From: Blastocystis sp. Blastoise
Taxonomy: Eukaryota; Protista; Bigyra: Opalinata
DNA length: 64,000 nucleotides
Direction of reading: 5' to 3'
Assembly (NCBI GenBank): GCA_039096225.1
Contig: JBBPEB010000003.1
Coordinates: 1 to 64,000 of the forward strand
The notes under the pieces were generated by a model. It was not told the origin of the DNA and made no database searches. It saw only the letters and a program-made list of their open reading frames with translations. This document shows, in pieces, positions 46,231-59,000 of the stretch (positions are counted from its first letter, which is position 1; each line of letters begins with the position of its first letter). Position numbers and translations under genes: made by a program.

Positions 46231-47675
46231 ATGTCAGCATTAAGAGCTATTAGAACTTTTGCAAATACCTCTTCTTTCTATCGTTTAGCTAGTACTACTG
46301 CTATTACCAAGAGTACTTTTGGTTGTGCTTCTAAAGTTTTACAAACTGAAACTGTTGAACTTCCTGAACTTAAAGCTAATCAAGTTCAAGTTTCTATGAT
46401 TGCTTCTCCTATTACTCTTTTCGATTTAACTGCCGTATATGATTTTAAAGAATCATTATTATTTTTATCAAATACAAAATGAAAATCATTGTTTAATTTT
46501 TTTAAATATTTCTTATATAGATTCAAGGAACTATTCCTTGTATGCCAAATAATCATATTGCTGGATTAGAAGGTGCTGGTAGAATTACTCAAGTTGGTTC
46601 GAGTGTTACTGGATTAAATGTCAATGATTCTGTTGTTTTTGTTAAACCTACCACTGGTATGTTTATTTGAATTGTTTTTTTTATTATTATTATTTTAAAA
46701 TTTTTATATTTATATGTTTTTTTTTTATTTTAAAAAATAAATTTTTTATTTATCTTTAAAAAAAATTTGCTTTTTTTTTAATCTTTAAAAATAATATATA
46801 TATGTTTATATATTTAAAATAGGTACTTGGGCTAAGGAAGTTGTTGTTGATTCTTGTTCTTTATATAAGATTCCTACTTCTATTAATCCTGAACTTGCTG
46901 CTGGTATTGTTGGTGCTCCTTCTATTGCTTACAGAATCCTTAATGATTTCGCTACTTTAGAAGCTGGTGATGTTGTTATTCAGAACGCTGCTAATACTTC
47001 TGTTGGTCATGCTATTGTTCAACTTTGTAAAGCTAAGGGTATTAAAACTATTAATATTATTCCTGAAAGTTCTGAATATGAAAATGAATTCCGTACTTTA
47101 GAAACTATCGGTGCTGATATTATTTGCAGAGAAACTTATGTTGGTACTCCTGCTTTTAAGAAACTTCTTAGTGATTTACCTGCTGCTAAATTAGCTGTTG
47201 ATGGTATGGGAGGTATTGTTGGTACAAATACTGCTAGAAATATCAAGAATGCTACTTTAGTTAGTTATGCCGATATATCTCGTCAAGCTATGACTATTCC
47301 TTCTTCTCTTCTTATTTCTAATAATGTCACTCTTAAGGGATTCAATCTCTATCAGTATTTATTATTTTATGATTATTATTAATTATATTATATATACCTA
47401 TTTTATTATTTTATAATATATTTATTTATTTATTTAATAATATATTTATTTAATAATTTATTTCTTTATTTATTTAATTCTTTCTTTCTAGATGGTTAGA
47501 AAATGCTAGTTGTGAAGATGTTAATACAATGATGTCTTCTATTACTTCTCTTGTTGAAACAGATAAATTACGTGTTTTCTTAAAGAAGGATAAATTCAGT
47601 GAATTTAAGAATGCTCTTGAAGCTTCTACTGAACCTTTTGCTTCTAGAACTATTTTAATGATGATGCAAGAATAA
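46231..47675 (+). CDS. MECR: Mitochondrial trans-2-enoyl-thioester reductase (MECR/Etr1)-like MDR protein
   Basis: Presequence-like MSALRAIRTF; AGLEGAGRI; GTWAKEVV; AYRILNDF...GDVVIQNAANTSVG; KGFNLYQW. Three introns. Confidence 0.8.
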
Positions 47676-48054
47676 ATATAATATATATTCATTCATTCAT
47701 TCATTCATAAAAATACTATAAAATCTTCAAATTAATAAATAATCAACTTATATTTTATTATCTTTTCTAATTTTTTTTTTATATATATAAAACATTTAAT
47801 TTAAAAAAAAAAGTATTTTTTCATCATTCATATATATTATATAATCTATTATAGATACATTTATAGTATCTATTTTAGAATATTCACCCCTATATATCTA
47901 TAATTTTTTATTGAACTGTATAAATGCAAATAAACTATATATATTTATTTTGTTTTTACTAATATATATGTATATATTAAAGTACAACAATTGTTAATAA
48001 AAATACATCCATTTTAAACATAATACAAATTCATTGAAAAAATAAATAAATAAA

Positions 48055-49508
48055 TTATTCTTCTTTTGAATGAAGTGTATCTAATTTATCAAAAAGAGAA
48101 AAAATTTCGTTATTCTTCTTCTTCATAGAAGTAATTAAATCCTTTATATCTTCTACTTCTAATACTTCATTTCCTGGCTTACAAATAGTTAATATCTATG
48201 ATAATAAAAATATATTATTTATCATTCATTAGAATTAATAGATATATAGAATATAATAAATGTACTATAATAAACATAGAATAAATAAATATAAAATAAT
48301 AAAATAACTTAATAAATATACTTTATTATCGAATCCAAGTACAATTGTGACACGATCTGTCATAATATCTTCTTCAAAACTTGTGGGGTCTGATATTATA
48401 TACTGATTAAAGAAACCAAATGTTTGACTATGAATTTTATTCATTAAAGCTAATTGACTACAATGATCTATAATATATAATAATATTTATAATAATATTA
48501 ATTTATAAATTATTCTTTTTATTATTACTATTCAATCTTTATATAGAATTATTATATATATACCATAATCAAATATTAATTCTCCATCAACATTTTCTTC
48601 TACCTTAGGTATTTGTAATGTTTTTAATGCACCGTATAAGGCATATGTAGCAGTATCTATAGCATTACCATCATAATCCAAACATATAAGATCGGCGTGT
48701 AATGTCCAAACATACTTTTTAGGTATTATCACCAAATCAGATAAATCTATTAATGAACTATATTAACAATAATTATAAAAAATATTATATACAAATAATA
48801 ATGATATTAATATAATAAATAATAAAAATAATTAATTAATTCATGATTATATAAATATATAATAAAAAATAATAACAAATAAATAATAATAAAAAAATAA
48901 TAATAAAAAAAATAACAAATAACAATAATAAAATAACAATAATAAAATAACAATAAATATACTTTACACATAAATCATGAAGATATTGACTAAGAGCTAC
49001 GGACTCTGCAGAAGGTTTGCCGACATTAAATTTAGTACTACATAAAGGAGATAACATAACACTCACATCTATAGAAAAATACATTATATATATCAACTAA
49101 AACAATATTTTATTCATTAGCAATTCTTTGTTAACATATAAATATCTCCATAAATTAAAATAAACAAAAATTAACAACATATAAGCATACCTATATTACC
49201 AGTTTCATTAATTTCACCAGAATGCTTCACAGGCTCTAATTTTAATCCACAAATCATAGCAGTCTGACCAATACGAACAATACATGATCCTTGAGATGTA
49301 TTTATATTACCTATATATATATTTATACCATTAAAAAACAATTTTTTCAAATAAAGTAACTCAAACTCATTTAGAAAACATATATACCTGGTGCAACTAA
49401 TATCGATCTACAGTCATTCATTTCTCTTCCATCTGGTCTTACAGATTTCTCCAAAAAAGATTCATAAAAAATCTTAGGACTCACTTTCTTAAATGATTCA
49501 GCCTCCAT
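48055..49508 (-). CDS. EXOSC8: Exosome core subunit Rrp43 (RNase PH fold)
   Basis: FLEKSVRPDGRE; GSCIVRIGQTAMICGLKLE; VWTLHADLICLDYDGNAID; DPTSFEE. Confidence 0.9.
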
Positions 49509-50498
49509 ATATAGATTCTTCAATTATGTAATAGTAAATAACGTTTTTTCTTTTTTTCATACAAAAAATCAGTTCCATTCAATGAATTTCAGCCATTTCC
49601 ATCACTTTTCTTTGGGTTTATAAAAAAACAACCTTTTCATATTCATTATTTAATAGAAACTATAAAAAAACATATTCATTTAAAAATTTATTACATGTAT
49701 ATGAAATATATATATATTTTATTATATTATCTCACTCAATTGTAGAAATCAATAGGCTTTTATTTATAAAATTGACTTGAGTTCTCTATCATTGTTACCA
49801 TCATTGATCGTTGATCTATTTTATTATTTAAAAAAAAATATCTTTATTCAAATTCTATACAATATTTCCAAGAAAAAGTAATTTCACGCTTGTAAACAAA
49901 ACAAATAAAATATATAGGAACAAATAAACAAAGAAAAACAAACACTTTGATGATTTATTAGTTTTTAAATAACTAATCAATCCATTTTAAACGATATAAT
50001 ATATTTTTTTCTTTTTAAATATGAAGGAACAGAAGATTATATGTACTTTTTCAAAGAGACATAAATATATTTTATATAGATTAAATAAAATAGAAACAAA
50101 AATAAAGAAACAAACAAACAAAAAAATTAAAACTATAATTAAAACAAAAAAAAATAAAATGATAAGAATTGTATAAGAATTCAAAAAAAAAATGAAAAGA
50201 AATTAAGAAGATATGAACTATAGATTATATATATATATATATAGATAAATTATATGATATTTCTTGTTCTATTCTATAAATCTATATATGTATATTTATA
50301 TATATACACCCTAATACTTTAAAATCAAACTAAAGAAAATGACATATATAAATATAATTAATAAAATGAAATAAAAATATAGAGAATAAAATTTAAAAAA
50401 AAAATGACAATAAATAATAAATGATATATATATATATTCAAGAATAAGAATATATATATATATAATACTTACTATACCATAATATTATGAATATAGAA

Positions 50499-53400
50499 TT
50501 AATGATGAGTAAAACTCATAGCAGTTTTAATTAAATTAGATTTTTCTAATCCAATAGTATTCCATACATCTAATAATAATTCTTGTGGGATTTTATTTTG
50601 GATATTAAATACTAATTGAAGAATACGATGCATTGTTCCTTCTTTAACTAATTCTATACTTAAACAAACAACTGTTAATATTTGAGATATATTCACAAAG
50701 TCATCTCCTTGGACAGTATAATTATTCTTTTCAAATCGTTCACATAAAATAGATATACAGAAATCACTTTCATCTATATCTTTATGTAAAGGCAAACAAG
50801 ATAACCAACAATTAAATAATATAGGCATATTGGGAAGAGAAGGATGATAATATAATATTTTACCAAAGGCACTAACAGCATTATCTGAAGCTATATAATA
50901 ATCAGGATTATCCACGTCATTACTACCTAAGAAATCATTTATGGCCAATATACATGATTCAGCTACAGATTCAAAGGTTTCCCCTCCATATTTCGCTAAT
51001 ATTCCAATACCATACGCAGCTCCTTGTCTTAATGCAGGATCTGGATGCTTCAAATCAGTAAATAAAATAGGAAGGAATTGAGGATAATAACTATAAGCTG
51101 CAGACCCACAATGCTCAATTATATCATCAATAACAAATAATCCAAATTTCTTATCTCCATTCGATCTCCATTCTTGTGTGAATTCTAAAACTTCTTTATA
51201 ATATAATCGATCAAAAATAGGTAAAAAACGACTACCATAACAACGGAATAACCCGCCAATACATTCCGAGAGATATAAATGATACACATTTTCAGCATTT
51301 TCAGCCTGATTATTATCTTCTTCTTCTTCTTCATCGAAAGGTTCATTCTCTAATCCTTCTAATCTTTGACTACGACGCTGTATACTATTATATAAAGCAT
51401 TCTTAATAGCAGTTAAAATACGTTCTAAATCACTATCGGAAAGGATATATGCAGTGATTCCATTTGCATCGGTGATAGTACTCTTATTACATACAATAGT
51501 CATAATTTGAGATACATTCGTCAACATTTCTAAATCTTCTTCTCCTTCTAAACACACTAATAATTCCTTTATTAACATTTCATAAAGAGCTTTATATTGA
51601 TCGATAGGACATAATTGCTTATGAACACAGTTCTCTACAGTAATAAGAGCAGGCTCCATAATAGATAATGCACATAAACATAAATCATAAAAGGTAATTG
51701 TATTTAGAAGAGGAACTAATACTTTTACTATATCCTCTAAATATGTATATATATTCTCATGTAATTCTGTTAATAAAACACATAATGTCTCACATGCATT
51801 CGCTTTCTCATCTAATGCATTTGTACGTATATTTATAAAACTACCATTATCTAGCTCTTGTATCTATATATATATAGTAGTTTAATAAGAATAAGATATA
51901 TATTATTATTTATATATATACAATAACATCTTCATCTTCTTCATCTGTATCAATTTCATCTTCTTCAATAGTATAATCCATATTAGCTGTCTTTAAAAGT
52001 AGGGGAATAATTACATCTACATAGGGAAGGAAATCTCCCTTTAAAGCAGTACACATACGACTCCAAGCCTATTTGTATTAATATATAAATCATAATATAT
52101 AAAATACATTAAAAATATATATATTAAATATATTAAATATAATAAAAAAAATAAAAATAAATAATAATAATATAGATATAATATAATAAAAATATAAACA
52201 AATAATAATATAAATATAAAAAAAATAAAAATAAATAATAATAATATAAATATAATATAATAAAAATATAAACAAATAATAATAATATAAACATAATAAA
52301 CATAATAAATAATATAATCATATAATATAAATTTATATACTTGCATCATAGTGACTTTCATTTCTTCTCCTTCTCCTTCTATTTCTCCCATTCCTTCCTT
52401 ATACATTATTTCCATGATTTCTCGAGCATCTTCTTTAAATAAACTTCCTACGGCCATTCCCACAATTGTGATGCATTCTAACGCTTGGCCGCGGTACAAA
52501 CGAATATCTGTAGGAGAAGATACCGCGCGATTGAATGGCGGGTTGATATATAATTGTTTCATAATTGTCATAGTATTCTTATAATAAGGAATAAAAGAGG
52601 TTGTCACACAACCAGCAATAGAAGATATCACACTAAAGATCTATATATATATATTGTTCATATTTTTCTATATTATTTAAAGATATATCATTTGAAAAGA
52701 TAGATCAATTTTTAAAAATATAAAGTACAATAATAAAATATATATTAATATATATTTATATAATAAAAATAATAAAAATAATATACATATAATAAAAATA
52801 ATAACATAATAAACATAATAAACATAATAATAAACATAATAATAAACATAAGAATAACTATAATACTTGTGTTTGGACCATGGGTGGTGAATTTGAAAGA
52901 TTATTAATAAGTTGAGTGTTCATTTCAGAGAGAACGGGTTTCAATAATTCATCTTCACATTCATCTACGAAGTTACTTAGTGCCGCAGCTGTGATATATC
53001 GAATACGAGGAGGTTGAGAAGGATTAAGAAGAGAAAAGAGTTTAGAGAGAGTTTCTTGATTCACTTCTGTTTGTAAATAAGGTGAGAAATCAGTAGAGAG
53101 TTGACCCAAACAATATATAGAAGCGAATCGAACTCTAGGGTGAGGATCATCCAATAAACTAATGACATAATTACATATAGCAGCACGATCGGAAGTCTCT
53201 TCTGAAACAAACTCTGAAATCTATATATATATAAAGGAATTAGAAGATAAAATAGGCATAATAGAAAAGAATAAGAGAATAAAAATAATAGAAATATATA
53301 ATGAATAAATATATAATCAATATATATATAATCAATATATATATAATCAATATATATATAATCAATATATATATAATCAATATATAATCAATATAATATT

Positions 53401-55137
53401 ATAATCAATATATATATAATTAATATATATATACATCACTGATAGCATACATAGCTGCATATTTATATCTCCAATTATCATTTGATAAGAACTGTTCTAT
53501 TAATGCATAGCAATGAGGAAGGAACTTTTTCCCGCGAATCTGTTGAGCAATTTGATCTAATGATGTTAAGGCGAATGAAAATAAGGAATTGGTGTCTTCT
53601 ATTGGTTCATCTTCTCGTTTCTCCCAATCAGGTTCTTCTTCTATATCTACTAACATAGGGAAAATAACATCTAAAACGGGTTGAATAAAATAAGCAGGAG
53701 GGAATGAACGAATAACCGTGGGAGACGATTTACTTAAAAGAACTAATAATTCTAATGATAATTTTCGAATTTCCGGTGTGAGTAACGTATTTCCCGCGAT
53801 TGATATCATAGCTGATATTATTGATTCTAACTATATATATGATTATTGTAAAAAAAATATAATAATATAATAATATAATAATATAATAAAATAAATAATA
53901 ATAATATGATACTATATACATTTTGATTAAAGAAGGTGGGTACTTCATTGAGTATATCGATGAGTGTTTGAATGACTTGGATGGCAGCGTCATAATTACG
54001 ATCGCAGAGGAAATCCGAGAGAGTCTTCAACATTAAGGGAATTACACTAAAGAAGTCATTGAGATCTATGGGTTGTAAATTGATAATTAAGGAAGAAAGA
54101 GCTTTAAATGTCTCTATTTGAACCATAGGGTAGTCTCTCTGTTGAATAAACAACATATATAACGTCTATATATATATATATATAGATAAATGAAAACATA
54201 GAGAATATAATTTGATATAAATATAGAAATCTCTATATACTTTAAGTCTATTGATATCATCTCTATATAGAATAGTAATAAAGGAAGCGATATCTCCTAA
54301 TATTCGAAGGCTACACACACGTTTTGAAGGGTCAGGAGACTGGCATAAGGAAAATAAACAAGGAATCAATTCAGGCCACTATAGAGAAAGCATAATAGTG
54401 CAATATATATTATGGTTTCATATAATTGCTTAATTGATTATAATATATTTTATATATATAATATATTTTATATATTATAATATAATTGCTTAAGTGATTA
54501 TAATATATTTTATATATATAATATAATTTATATATAATTTATATAATTTATATATTTTATATATATAATATAATTTATATATATACTTCTTGATCCGCTA
54601 ATAAATAATTCCCTAATTCTGATATGATATCACATATTTTCTCTTTAATAACTTGTTGTCTTTCACCCTATATATAATATATATATATAATAACATCAGA
54701 ATTCCATTATATTATTGTAAATAAAACTTCATACATCTAGAATAATCAGTAAATCTTTCTTTAGTGTCTGTTGTATATTTTCAGGCATATAATTCCACAT
54801 AGGATCTTCGCCAAGAAACAGCTTTTGTCTCAATAAAACAGCAGCCATACTTCGTATAGCAGAATGAGTAGAAATCTTTAAAATCTATACATATATATAA
54901 TTATAAAATTATATTTCATATTCTATTATTCATAATATAAAAGAAAAAACTCATTCATAAAAACAATATAAATGACAACATAAATACATTAACAAGACCA
55001 AGTATGAATTCCTCAGTGTGACTCTCAGATTCGACAAGAGCTCGCTCAGCCAAATTTCTTCTTTCGTTATCACCAGTGATCAAACCATTTAAAATAAGTT
55101 CTAAATCATTATTTTGGGTAATTGCTACAGTATCCAT
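50499..55137 (-). CDS. IPO5: Importin-5 / karyopherin beta-3 (Kap121/Pse1)-like HEAT-repeat protein
   Basis: DNERRNLAE; DPHPRVRFASIYCLGQLSTDFSP; RGQALECITIVGMAVG; IRTNALDEKANAC; LRQGAAYGIG; SDNAVSAFGK. Confidence 0.92.
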
Positions 55138-56043
55138 CGTTGTTTTCTATAATTTTTATAATAATGATCAAGAAAAAAAGCATACTGTTTATAAAGAAAT
55201 GGGAATGAATGCGTGTTTTTTTGTTTAACAATATAGACTGATAATTCTTGATTTTTTAATACTTGACTTGTATTAATGATTTATTTTAAAAATGCAAGAA
55301 TACAAGAGAAAGAACCTTTCAAAAAATAGACTAGTATTTCTTTTTTCTAACTTCTTTATTAAAACCATGGTTTTCTTGTAAACTCTAGTCTAAAAATATT
55401 TTGTCACACAAATAATTTCAATCCAACCAAATTCTATAGAAACTGTTCGATCTGGATTTTTTTTTAAAGACTAATAAAAAAGGAATTTGTTTTGTTTTAT
55501 AAATGAAATATAGCATGATTTGTATGATTGGTTGAGACAATTCATGATTGAAACTCAATTGAATATATTCTAAACTCCGATTACAGAATCTACATGACAT
55601 TGTTTCATAATTTTGAAAATATTTCATGTAATTTAGTCGCTAAATCTAAGTACATATCCATGATTTAGAATATTATTTTTAAAATTCTCATTTATGTAAT
55701 ACTAAAACAATAATCTGAATTAGTCACTTGAATCTTCATTTGTTTTTTATTATAATCATCTATTCTTATATCTTAACAATCATAGAATAGAATGTTGATA
55801 AATAATATATTATAAAAATATAAATACATAACAAAACACGACAATTGTTAAAACAAAGGAATTATAAAACCATAATATAATAAATAATGACTTGAAACTT
55901 ACTCGCAGAATAAATAAATATATTTATATATATCATGTACATTTTATAATTATAAAAACGCATCAATTAAATTATTTACTAAAAACAAAGTAGATATATA
56001 TTTATGACTATGACTATTACTATATATATATATAAAGAGTTGT

Positions 56044-59000
56044 TTAAACACTTGATGGACTAGCATCAGGAGTTGGTACAGGACGTGTGTTTGAAATAGT
56101 ATGTAATTTCTTATTCATTTGAACAAACATAACTGTACCCACAAGAAGTGCAACACCTAATAGACTACCTAAAATACCTATAGTAATAGATTTCCAATCA
56201 TAGGATGATTCATGAGTAACAGTTGATTCATCTAAAGATTGATCAGCTATGAATAAAGTAGAATATCTACTTGTAGAACCTGATAAGAATTGACCCATTT
56301 TTGTAAGCATAGGACTACCATTATTGAAGTCATCATTATCTACAGTCCATACCATACCTCCTTTTAAGCCCATATCTCGAATATATTCCAATTTATAAGT
56401 AATACTATCTAGATTTTCATATCCATACCATTGATCTTGATATTGAACATAAGGAGTCTTTGTATATTCATCAAATCCTTCAACACCACCTTTAGCAATA
56501 ACATCCATCATTTCTAAATAATTAATAACACCATCTTGACCTGTATAAGGCATAGCAGAACTAGCTCCTTTAGCAGCAGATCCCATAGGTTGACCTGAAG
56601 CAGAAGAAGCTAATGTCCATCCACGACCATAAGTAGCCATACCTAAAACAATCATATCTCTTGGCATACCTAATTCAATCCAATAATGAGTAGCAAAATC
56701 AACAGTATAATAATAATCTAAAGTACCTTCAACAGTATCTTTAGGAGGATATAAAGCAGTTGGAGCACCAGTAACATCTTCCCATTGACCATGAAGATCA
56801 TAAGTCATTAAATTAATAAAATCAATTTCAGGAACCATATTCGGAACATCATAAGCTACATCAATCTTATCTTTACCTGCACCTACAGCTACAGTAAGAA
56901 GAAGACGACTCTTACCTGTTCTACTAGCTTCAGCATCAAAAGCTTGACGCATTTCTCTTAATAAACTAATGAAATTAGCTTTATCTTGAGGTCTTCCTCC
57001 CATATCTTCTACACTAGGATACTCCCAATCTAAATCTATACCATCAAATTCATGAGTACGTAACCAAGAGATAGCAGAATTAATAAAAGCTGCACGATTC
57101 ACAGGAGTCTCGACCATTGTAGTAAATATATGCTTAAATTGTTCATATAAATTAAAATTCCATCCACCAAAAGCCAGTAAAGTCTTACAATTAGGATTTG
57201 TTTGTCGTACTCTCTTATTAAAACGAGCATATAAACCATTAGCAGGATTCCAATCAACAATATCATTCCATTCAACAACTTCAACATTAAATGTTTTAGC
57301 ATTAATATAAGCAAAACCATAAATCATATGAGTAAAGTATTTGGCATCTATTTGTTCAGGCATAAATTTACCTTTATCTGAACGATATTGAGCCCAGTTA
57401 GTAAAGTATCCTACAAAATATTTTGGACCTGAAGGTGCAGTAGTAGGTGCAGTAGTAGGTGCAGTAGTTGGTTTGGTTGTAGGTGCAGTAGTTGGCTTGG
57501 TTGTAGGAGCAGTAGTAGGAGCAGTAGTAGGTGCAGTAGTTGGCTTGGTTGTAGGAGCAGTAGTAGGAGCAGTTGTTGGAGCAACAGTTGGTTTGGTTGT
57601 AGGAGCAGTAGTAGGTTTGGTTGTAGGTGCAACAGTAGGTGCAGTAGTAGGTTTGGTTGTAGGTGCAGTAGTAGGTTTGGTTGTAGGTGCAGTTGTTGGT
57701 GTAGTAGTAGGTGCAACAGTAGGAGCAACAGTTGGTTCAACAGTAGGACATTCACCACAGTCTTGAGGACAGTTTGAGCATGATTCTCCTTCTTGGCAAA
57801 TACCATCACCACAGAAATTAGGTAAATCTTGATCACAAGAAATATTCTTACATAGATCATCATTATCAGCAACTAGAGTTCCTTGATAACAAATAGAACC
57901 AGGAGCTGTAGAATATAATCCATATCGAATACCAAGAACGCATTGTTGGAAGGATCCACAACAATTATGAGGATAACATATAAATCCAATATCTGTAGGA
58001 CCACATGTTCCTGATGGAGTAGGAGCAACAGTAGGTTTGGTTGTAGGAGCAACAGTAGGTGCAGTAGTAGGAGCAGTTGTTGGCTTAACAGTAGGTGCAG
58101 TAGTAGGTGCAGTTGTTGGCTTAACAGTAGGTGCAGTAGTAGGAGCAGTTGTTGGCTTAACAGTAGGTGCAGTAGTAGGAGCAGTTGTTGGCTTAACAGT
58201 AGGTGCAGTAGTAGGTGCAGTTGTTGGCTTAACAGTAGGTGCAGTTGTTGGTTGAGTAGTAGGTGCAACAGTAGGAGCAGTAGTTGGTTTAGTAGTAGGT
58301 GCAGTAGTAGGACATTCACCACAATCTTCAGGACAAGATGAGCATGATTCATAGATAGCACAAACACCATCACCACATGTCTTTTGAGAGGATGGACATT
58401 GGACATTAGCACATCGAGAATCACTAGCTAATACTTGTGCACCATCATAACATAATGTTCCAGGAGCTACACCTTGAACAGGGAATAAGAATCCATTACT
58501 ACATGTATAATACTTATCACAACAATTATCTGGATAACAATATATTCCACTAGGTTTGTTAGAACAAGAAGGAGTAATTTCAATATCAGAATCACATTTA
58601 CAATCATTAGGACAATTTGAACATGTTTCACCAACTTCACATATACCATTACCACATACAGATGGAGCAGTAGTAGGAGCAGTAGTAGGAGCAACAGTTG
58701 GTGTAGTAGTTGGCTTTGTTGTAGGAGCAGCTGTAGGAGTAGTAGTTGGCTTAGTAGTAGGAGCAGTTGTAGGAGTAGTAGTTGGCTTTGTTGTAGGAGT
58801 AGTTGTAGGAGTAGTAGTTGGCTTTGTTGTAGGAGTAGTTGTAGGAGCAGTAGTTGGCTTAGTAGTAGGAGTAGTAGTAGGCTCATAATCAAGAGTATTA
58901 GCTAAAGATCCATAGGGAGCAAGATAAGGTGTATATGCATTATTAGGTTTAGTTTCCCAACTATGAGGTTCATCAGCTATTTGATTATTAAATGACCAAC

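Noticed and set aside
57411-58892. Overlapping Leu-rich and Val/Gly-rich ORFs
   Set aside because: They are alternative-frame and antisense shadows of the chitinase PT repeats.
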